Shown here: positions 29,326 to 36,514 of the stretch, piece after piece
How positions within the stretch are numbered: position 1 is the first letter of the stretch
Layout of the letters: every line of letters starts with the position of its first letter
Assembly (NCBI GenBank): GCA_945947035.1
Contig: CAMEXD010000002.1
Span: 31,040 to 95,039 of the forward strand
Source: an uncultured Mycoplasma sp.
Lineage (GTDB): Bacteria > Bacillota_I > Bacilli_A > RF39 > UBA660
Length of the DNA stretch: 64,000 nucleotides
Direction of reading: 5' to 3'
Made by a program: the position numbers and the translations under genes
The notes under the pieces: generated by a model
Database searches by the model: none
What the model saw: only the letters and a program-made list of their open reading frames with translations
Told to the model about the DNA's origin: nothing

Positions 29326-30864
29326 GTCATAAATAATACTATTTAATGACTCTTTATAATAATTTATCTTATCTTTTAATTCACTATTTTCAGATTCTAA
29401 TTCATTTATTCTTTCTTCTAAATTGCTATTATTATAATAATTTTCTTCTAGTTCTTCTTGTAATTCATTAATTCTATTTTCATAATATTCTACATTTTCA
29501 TCATAGCGAATTTTATTTAAATTATTATCTAAAGTTTTCATATTTTCACCTGATGTTATTACTTTAACTTTAATTGTAGTTAAAACATAATAATTATGAA
29601 TATTTTTAGTTTTTAAATCAGTTAAAACCATATTATATAAATATTTTGAAGAAATACTATTTGTTACACTATTATCTACATAAATATTGTTATTTGACAT
29701 TTTTATTTCTACTTTATTAAATTTATCATAATAATACACTTCTACTTTAACTGTATCTTTTAAAGTATCATCAATTTCATAATCAGTATTAAAAGATGGA
29801 TAAAAAACAAGTTTATCATTCATTTTAAATGTCTTTTCTATTTTTTCTTCCTTAGCGATACTTGATACATTATTAGTAAAATTAGTATTTGCTATTTCAA
29901 TAGCACTAATACCTACTCCAATTCCAAATAAAACAAGAGAAGACAAAATAACAATTAATGATTTTTTAACATCAATTTTTTTATTAAAAATAAAATAATA
30001 AACCATGTAAAGAAATACTAAATTAAGAAATAATGATGAAATTATTACTAAAAATATTCCAAAATATGTTACACCACTAAAAAGTAAAATAATAGATATA
30101 ATAAGAAGCATTCCTAAAGTTACTAAAGTAATAACAAAAGGAATTGATACAAATAAAATAAATAGTTTTACAAAAAACATAAAAACACTACCTAAAATAT
30201 CTAAAAATTTAAATGATTTTTCATGTTTTATAACAACTTTTTCTTCTTTTTTTAAATTTTTTTCTTCTTTAACATTATCTACTACATCATTTTTATCTTC
30301 TACTTTTTCTATCTTTTCTATTTTTTCATATCTATCTAAATATCTTATTTTATAAATATAAACAAATATAATAACTGATAATATTATATAAATAATTTCA
30401 AGAAGAGCATTCCAAATATTGCATATTATTCCAGATGCTTTACCCAAATAGATAAAAATATTTTCTCCTAAATAATAAAGATAATCAACTATATTATGAA
30501 ATATTACTAAAGCAATTATTACAAGTAACATTTCTAATATGCATCCTAAAATATTTTTAAAAGTCATTTTCTTTAACATTTCATAACTTCTTTTTATTAA
30601 ATCTAATAAACTGTAAACCAAGTTGCTAATATTTCCTTTTTCTTTTTCTTTTGATGTAATTGTTTTAACATCATCATTAGTTAAATCATCTAAAGTACAT
30701 TTAAATATCTTTGATAATTCTATTAATTTATCCATTTCTGGATAAGTTTGGCCAGATTCCCATTTTGATACTGACTGTCTTGATACATCAAGCATATCTG
30801 CCAATTGTTCTTGGGAAAGTTTTTTTGCTTTTCTTAAAGTTTGTAATTTTTCACTAAACTTCAT
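29323..30864 (-). CDS. Membrane-bound XRE-family HTH regulator with an extracytoplasmic domain and a C-terminal coiled coil
   Basis: HTH LSQEQLADMLDVSRQSVSKWESGQTYP. Several TM helices. Coiled coil NRINELQEELEE...ERINELESENSELKDKI. The start is moved to MKFSEKL (ATG at 30864) after GAGGTG. Confidence 0.8.
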   Translation of the reverse strand: MKFSEKLQTLRKAKKLSQEQLADMLDVSRQSVSKWESGQTYPEMDKLIELSKIFKCTLDDLTNDDVKTITSKEKEKGNISNLVYSLLDLIKRSYEMLKKMTFKNILGCILEMLLVIIALVIFHNIVDYLYYLGENIFIYLGKASGIICNIWNALLEIIYIILSVIIFVYIYKIRYLDRYEKIEKIEKVEDKNDVVDNVKEEKNLKKEEKVVIKHEKSFKFLDILGSVFMFFVKLFILFVSIPFVITLVTLGMLLIISIILLFSGVTYFGIFLVIISSLFLNLVFLYMVYYFIFNKKIDVKKSLIVILSSLVLFGIGVGISAIEIANTNFTNNVSSIAKEEKIEKTFKMNDKLVFYPSFNTDYEIDDTLKDTVKVEVYYYDKFNKVEIKMSNNNIYVDNSVTNSISSKYLYNMVLTDLKTKNIHNYYVLTTIKVKVITSGENMKTLDNNLNKIRYDENVEYYENRINELQEELEENYYNNSNLEERINELESENSELKDKINYYKESLNSIIYD

Positions 30865-30888
30865 TTTTCTCACCTCAAAACCAATTTT

Positions 30889-30916
30889 ATTATATCACAC
30901 TTTTACATTCTACCAA
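30889..30916 (-). promoter_or_regulatory. Promoter of the XRE regulator, overlapped by the ATCACACTTTT motif
   Basis: TTGGTA, 16-nt spacer, TGaTATAAT on the minus strand. The 11-mer at 30894-30904 is identical to the one at 29251-29261. Confidence 0.5.
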
Positions 30917-31205
30917 TTTATAGTTGATTTTTTGTAAAGTTTGAGTTGCAATTTGAAATTTTCAACTAAATTTTTAAATTTTTTACTAGTTTTAAAGAAA
31001 AAATAAGAAAGAAAAATTTTTCCAAATTTTAGATATTTTTTTTATAAAAATTTTAAAAAAGCAATTGACTAGAAATAAATTTATGAAATATTTTTGATAT
31101 GAAATCATCTAAAATTGATGAAAAATATAGACTTTTAAAGGTTTTTATTATATAATTATATCGGTTGATTCTTTTATAAATATTTAAAAAAGGAGGAAAA
31201 TTATA

Positions 31206-32888
31206 ATGTTTAAGTTTAAACCAGATAAGACTTATGTCTTTGCGTTAGGTGGTTTAGGCGAAGTTGGTAAAAATATGTATTGTATAATGCATAACAATGA
31301 GATAATAATAATCGATGCTGGTGTTTTATTTCCAGATGAAGAACTACATGGCATTGATTATGTTTTACCTGATTTTGATTTTTTAAAGAAAAACGAAAAG
31401 AAGATTAAAACTTTAATAATTACTCATGGTCATGAAGATCACATTGGTGGTATTCCATTTTTATTACAAAATGTTCATATTCCATCAATCTTCGCACCAA
31501 ATCAAGCTTACGCATTAATTAAGAAAAAATTAGAAGAAAAAAATATTAACTATAATGGATTACGTGTTTATACAAGTAACGATAAGTTAAAATTTAGAAA
31601 TTTTGAGGTATCATTTTTTAGAACAACCCACTCTGTTCCAGATTCACATGGAATATATATTAAAACACCAAACGGAAATATTGTTCAAACTGGAGATTTT
31701 AAAATGGATTTAACACCAATTGGCCCAGTTGCAGATTTTCCTAAGATGGCTGAAATATCAAAAGAAGGTGTAACACTTCTTATGGCAGATTCAACTAATG
31801 CTTTGGATGAAGGATTTTCCCTATCTGAATCTAAGGTTGACGAAGCAGTTCATGAAGTTTTTGCAAAGCATACTAATAACAGATTAATTATTGCAACCTT
31901 TGCATCAAATATTTATAGATTAAAACATATTATTGAAACATCTAAAGAATATAATCGAAAAGTATGTATTTTTGGTAGAAGTATGGAAAATAATATCAAT
32001 ATTTCTATGGAAGGTGGATATATTGATGCAAAAGATGTTATTATATCACCTGAAGTTGCTAATACATTAAAGCCAAACGAAGTAGTTCTTTTATGTACTG
32101 GAACTCAAGGAGAACCTTTAGCAGCGCTTTCTCGTATTGCTGATGGAATTCATAAACAGATATCTCTAAGACCAGATGATGTTGTTATTTTTTCAAGTTC
32201 TGCTATACCAGGTAATGCCAATGCTATTGCAAGAACAATAAATAATCTTTATTTAAAAGGAGTAAAAGTTTATACAACATCTAATGAAAGAGAAATTCAC
32301 GCATCAGGTCATGCTATGAGTGATGAATTAAAATTAATGATAAGATTAATTAGACCAAAATATCTTATGCCTATTCATGGTGAATATAGAATGCTTAAAA
32401 AACATGCTAAATGGGGAATGGAATGTAATATTCCAAAAGAAAACACCTTTATACTAGATAATGGAGATATTCTAGAATTAGATAATGGAAATGTTAATCA
32501 TGTTGGATCTATAGATGTTAATGAATCATATGTTGATGGAAGTAGAATTGGTGAAGTATCAGGTGCTGTACTTAACGATAGAAAAATTATGGCTAATGAT
32601 GGTATATTAGTAATAATTGCTAATATAAATATGGAAAATAAAAAATTACTTACAAAACCAATGATTACAACTCGTGGATTTATTCTTATAAATGAAAATG
32701 AAGAATTGATAAATAAAATTGAAAAAGTATCTATAAAATCAATTAATAAAAGTTTTAAAAATCCAAAATATACTTATCAAGATATAAAACAAGAATTAAC
32801 TAAAGATGTTTCTAATTTTATTAAAATGGAAACAGGAAGAAAACCAATAGTTCTTCCAATAATATCTAATATAAAAACTAACCAATAA
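31206..32888 (+). CDS. rnj: Ribonuclease J
   Basis: Metallo-beta-lactamase motif THGHEDHIGG, beta-CASP region, and strong SD AAGGAGGA. Confidence 0.9.
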   Translation: MFKFKPDKTYVFALGGLGEVGKNMYCIMHNNEIIIIDAGVLFPDEELHGIDYVLPDFDFLKKNEKKIKTLIITHGHEDHIGGIPFLLQNVHIPSIFAPNQAYALIKKKLEEKNINYNGLRVYTSNDKLKFRNFEVSFFRTTHSVPDSHGIYIKTPNGNIVQTGDFKMDLTPIGPVADFPKMAEISKEGVTLLMADSTNALDEGFSLSESKVDEAVHEVFAKHTNNRLIIATFASNIYRLKHIIETSKEYNRKVCIFGRSMENNINISMEGGYIDAKDVIISPEVANTLKPNEVVLLCTGTQGEPLAALSRIADGIHKQISLRPDDVVIFSSSAIPGNANAIARTINNLYLKGVKVYTTSNEREIHASGHAMSDELKLMIRLIRPKYLMPIHGEYRMLKKHAKWGMECNIPKENTFILDNGDILELDNGNVNHVGSIDVNESYVDGSRIGEVSGAVLNDRKIMANDGILVIIANINMENKKLLTKPMITTRGFILINENEELINKIEKVSIKSINKSFKNPKYTYQDIKQELTKDVSNFIKMETGRKPIVLPIISNIKTNQ

Positions 32889-32902
32889 TTTTGGTTAGTT
32901 TT

Positions 32903-33409
32903 TTAGTCTTCTAAATAATTTTCTCCTTTATGGGGTTCTGTTTTTAGTAAATCTCTGTAATCTTGTTGTCTTAATACTTCATATGTTACTGTTGCAACGC
33001 AATTTGATAAATTAAGAGCTCTAACATCTTTTGTCATAGGTATTCTCATACAATTATTTAAATTATCTTTTAAAATTTCTTTTGGAATACCAGTTGATTC
33101 TTTACCAAAAATTAAATAAATATTTTCATCTTTATTACTATAATCAAATGATGTATGTGGCTTTTTACCATATCTTGTAAAATAATAAAAGGTTCCTTTA
33201 TTTTTACTTAAAAAATCTTCATATGATGGATAAACATAATATTTTAATTTATCGATATAATTAACTCCACATCTTTTAATAGTTTTATCATTAAGTAAAA
33301 AACCAAGTGGTTCAATTAAATGAAGTACTGCACCTGTTGCTACACAAGTACGCATAATATTTCCTGTATTTTGAGGTATTTCTGGTTCATATAAAACTAT
33401 ATTAATCAT
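32903..33409 (-). CDS. trmL: tRNA (cytidine/uridine-34 2'-O)-methyltransferase TrmL (SpoU family)
   Basis: LYEPEIPQNTGNIMRTC N-terminus and the SPOUT knot region LIFGKESTGIP. Confidence 0.85.
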   Translation of the reverse strand: MINIVLYEPEIPQNTGNIMRTCVATGAVLHLIEPLGFLLNDKTIKRCGVNYIDKLKYYVYPSYEDFLSKNKGTFYYFTRYGKKPHTSFDYSNKDENIYLIFGKESTGIPKEILKDNLNNCMRIPMTKDVRALNLSNCVATVTYEVLRQQDYRDLLKTEPHKGENYLED

Positions 33410-33908
33410 TTATATCATATCCTTCCAAAAATTCTTTTACTATTTCCATATTATAATTACTAGATATTGTTAAAAAATCAACCATTTTTCCATTATTAAA
33501 TATCGCAATTGTAGGATAATTAGTTATTTTTTTAATCAAATATTCATTTTTATATTTATTATATAATTTATTTAACAGATTATTTTCAACATTTCTATAT
33601 CCAAGATTAAGGTATAAAATATTATCTGTTAAATCTTGTTCCTTAATAAAGGTTGAAAAATTTTGCTCAAAATTTCTGCAAGATAATTCATAAGTTGTGC
33701 ACATATAAACTACAACAACTTCATTTTCTTTTAAGAAATTATCTAAATTATCATATTTTATTTCTTTTAAAGTATTAGTAATAACGGGTTCACCTAATTT
33801 TGCTTCATTATATTGCTTAATCCATGAAAAAAGATAAATACAAATTACAAAAGTAATTATAAATATACCTAAAAGTATTAAATAGTTTTTAATGGTTTTA
33901 TTTTTCAT
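33402..33908 (-). CDS. Membrane-anchored thioredoxin-fold-like protein without an obvious CxxC
   Basis: N-terminal TM, then the Trx-like pattern VVVYMCTTYELSCRNF...YPTIAIFNNGK. Confidence 0.5.
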   Translation of the reverse strand: MKNKTIKNYLILLGIFIITFVICIYLFSWIKQYNEAKLGEPVITNTLKEIKYDNLDNFLKENEVVVVYMCTTYELSCRNFEQNFSTFIKEQDLTDNILYLNLGYRNVENNLLNKLYNKYKNEYLIKKITNYPTIAIFNNGKMVDFLTISSNYNMEIVKEFLEGYDIND

Positions 33909-34011
33909 AAATCATCCTCTTTTTTCCTTATACTTATATAATAACACAAAAATCATTTTATAGTAAATATTATGTTTAGAAAAATAAAAAAAGCAAATAA
34001 ACTAATACTTG

Positions 34012-35763
34012 CTATTTTTTATTATCAATAACATCTTTTAAATAAGTAATAAATTCATTTATATTAGCAGTTACCTTATCTTCACTACCATATTTTCTGT
34101 AAGTTATTAGATCTTGTTCTTTTTCATTATCTCCTAAAACTAAGGTATATGGTATTTTTTTAGTTACAGATTCACGCATACGATATCCTAGTTTTTCTTC
34201 TCTATCATCAATTTGTACTCTTATATTATTAAGTTCTAATAATTTTTTAACTTCATTAGCATAATCTAAATGATAATTATTATTAACAGGTAAAATATTT
34301 ACTTGAACTGGTGCAAGCCATGTTTTTAATGCACCTTTAGTATTTTCAAGTAAGTAAGCAACAAATCTATCAATTGAACCTAATATAGCACGGTGAAGTA
34401 CTACAGGTCTTCTTTTAAATCTATCAGAATCAACATATGTTAAATCAAATCTTTCTGGAAGTAAGAAGTCAAGTTGACAAGTTGAAAGTGTAAGTTCATG
34501 CCCTATTGCACTTTTTACTTGAACATCTAATTTTGGCCCATAAAAGGCTGCTTCACCTTCTGCTTCAACAAAGTCAATTTTTAAATCAGTTAGAACTTTT
34601 CTTAACATACTTTCTGCTTTTTCCCACATTTCATCATCATCAAAGTATTTTTCTTTATTATTTTTATCTCTTAATGATAATCTAAATGAAGTTGGTGTTA
34701 TATCAAAATCTTTATAAACATCTAAAATTAAATTTACAACTCTACCAAATTCTTCTTCTATTTGGTCAGGTCTTACAAAGATATGGGCATCATTTTGACA
34801 GAATGTTCTAACTCTTTCAAGACCACATACTGCACCACTTGCTTCAAACCTAAAATCATGAGCAAGTTCACCAATTCTAATTGGTAAATCTTTATAAGAA
34901 TGTAAAGTATTTTTATATATTAACATATGGTGTGGACAATTCATTGGACGAAGTACAAATTCTTCTCCATCTCTTTCCATTAAAGGGAACATATCATCAC
35001 GATAGTGATCCCAGTGACCACTTATTTTATAAAGATTTGAAGTTGCTAAAACTGGAGTATAAACATGACTATAACCTAATTTAACTTCTTTTTCTCTTAT
35101 ATATTCTTCAAGTTCATGAAAGATAAAAGCACCATTTGGAAGCCAAAGTGGAAGTCCTGATCCTACTAACTCATGAGTCATAAAAATATCTAAATCTTTA
35201 CCTATTTTTCTATGATCTCTTTGCTTTAATTCATCTAAATAAGCTAGATAATTATTAAGATCCTCTTCTGTTTCAAAACATACTCCATAGATTCTTTGAA
35301 GCATTTTATTTTTAGAATCTCCTTTATAGTAAGCACCACTCACCTTTAATAGTTTAAAATACTTCATAGATTTAGTACTTGGCATATGTGGACCACGACA
35401 AAGATCAGTAAAATCATCTTGTTTATAAGCACTAATTACTTCATCATCACTCATGTTATTAATTAAATCAACTTTATAAGGATCATCTTTAAACATTTCC
35501 AATGCTTCAGCTTTTGTTAATTCTATTCTTTTTATTAATTTATCAGATTTAGCTATCTTTTTCATTTCTTTTTCAATTTCTACTAAATCTTCTTCTTTTA
35601 GAACATTATCTCCTAAATCAATATCGTAATAAAATCCATTTTCAATTACTGGACCAACCCAAAACTTTGCATCATTATATAAATGTTTTACAGCATGTGC
35701 AAGTAAATGAGCACAACTATGGTTTAAAATATTTAAATTATTATCTTCTTTTATATTAATCAT
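34012..35763 (-). CDS. thrS: Threonyl-tRNA synthetase lacking the N-terminal TGS domain
   Basis: It starts directly at the editing/SAD region (HSCAHLLAHAVKHLY...GPVIENGFYYD). Class II motifs RDHRKIG and FRLSLRD. It lies downstream of a Thr T-box. Confidence 0.9.
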   Translation of the reverse strand: MINIKEDNNLNILNHSCAHLLAHAVKHLYNDAKFWVGPVIENGFYYDIDLGDNVLKEEDLVEIEKEMKKIAKSDKLIKRIELTKAEALEMFKDDPYKVDLINNMSDDEVISAYKQDDFTDLCRGPHMPSTKSMKYFKLLKVSGAYYKGDSKNKMLQRIYGVCFETEEDLNNYLAYLDELKQRDHRKIGKDLDIFMTHELVGSGLPLWLPNGAFIFHELEEYIREKEVKLGYSHVYTPVLATSNLYKISGHWDHYRDDMFPLMERDGEEFVLRPMNCPHHMLIYKNTLHSYKDLPIRIGELAHDFRFEASGAVCGLERVRTFCQNDAHIFVRPDQIEEEFGRVVNLILDVYKDFDITPTSFRLSLRDKNNKEKYFDDDEMWEKAESMLRKVLTDLKIDFVEAEGEAAFYGPKLDVQVKSAIGHELTLSTCQLDFLLPERFDLTYVDSDRFKRRPVVLHRAILGSIDRFVAYLLENTKGALKTWLAPVQVNILPVNNNYHLDYANEVKKLLELNNIRVQIDDREEKLGYRMRESVTKKIPYTLVLGDNEKEQDLITYRKYGSEDKVTANINEFITYLKDVIDNKK

Positions 35764-36250
35764 TTTCTATCTCTCCTTTTAATTTTTCTATTATTTTTTT
35801 CTTTTTTCCAGGTCCTTTTATTCCTCTTTCTTCAATTTCTTTTTTTAATAATCTACACATTTTGTATTTATGATTTTTCTTAGTTGCTAAATATTCAAGT
35901 TTTAATTCATAATCTGTTAATTCATTTAGATCTTTTATTTCTTTCTCATTTATTTTTTTTACAGGTTGTTCTATTTCATTTAAATCACTTGTCTCAATAT
36001 CTAAATACCTTAAAGGATTATAATATGGTATAACATATCCTTTTGGATCTTTAACTAAAATGATATCTCCATCGTAAAGAAGTGATAAGTCTTTTTTTAA
36101 CTCACAAAATGAATATCTTTTTAAATTAGGCAAAAGCATTTTTATATCCTCATGAGTTATAATAAAAATTTTTGAATCTTCAATACCCATATAGTTATAT
36201 AAAAATTCTGCCATAGAAATTGTCATTTCATCAAATATTTTTTTATCCAT
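35756..36250 (-). CDS. Hypothetical 164-aa protein, first gene of the T-box-controlled thrS operon
   Basis: The ATG at 36250 lies just after the T-box terminator. Its stop overlaps the thrS start by 8 nt. The C-terminus is Lys/Glu-rich. I recognise no motif. Confidence 0.55.
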   Translation of the reverse strand: MDKKIFDEMTISMAEFLYNYMGIEDSKIFIITHEDIKMLLPNLKRYSFCELKKDLSLLYDGDIILVKDPKGYVIPYYNPLRYLDIETSDLNEIEQPVKKINEKEIKDLNELTDYELKLEYLATKKNHKYKMCRLLKKEIEERGIKGPGKKKKIIEKLKGEIEND

Positions 36251-36261
36251 ATGCCCCCCCA

Positions 36262-36475
36262 AGAAAATAAAAGACACTCCTTAAATTAAGGAGCGTCTTT
36301 TTACGCGGTACCATCCTACCTTATAACTTTATTATTAATAACGGAATAACCCGGATTATCTATTTCTAGTTCTGCTTTAAGGTAGTAATTATTATATTAC
36401 TTATTAGTTTACACCAACCACTAACTCTCTTTTTAAATAAATATAATAATCGTGTCCTTATTCATCGCATTTACA
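36262..36475 (-). promoter_or_regulatory. T-box leader with a Thr specifier
   Basis: The minus strand has TGCGATGA (GA motif), the AGAGAG box, and stem I with a perfect 11-bp ATTATTATATT/AATATAATAAT helix. The specifier loop reads ..UU ACU A CC (ACU at 36386-36384). T-box sequence GGTAGGATGGTACCGCG (36320-36304). Terminator AAAGACGCTCC/GGAGTGTCTTT followed by a U-run. Confidence 0.9.
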
Positions 36476-36481
36476 AAATTT

Positions 36482-36510
36482 ACTTTATCACAAGTTTTTA
36501 TAAACGTCAA
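36482..36510 (-). promoter_or_regulatory. Promoter of the T-box/thrS operon
   Basis: TTGACG, 17-nt spacer, TGaTAAAGT on the minus strand. Confidence 0.55.
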
Positions 36511-36514
36511 GCAC

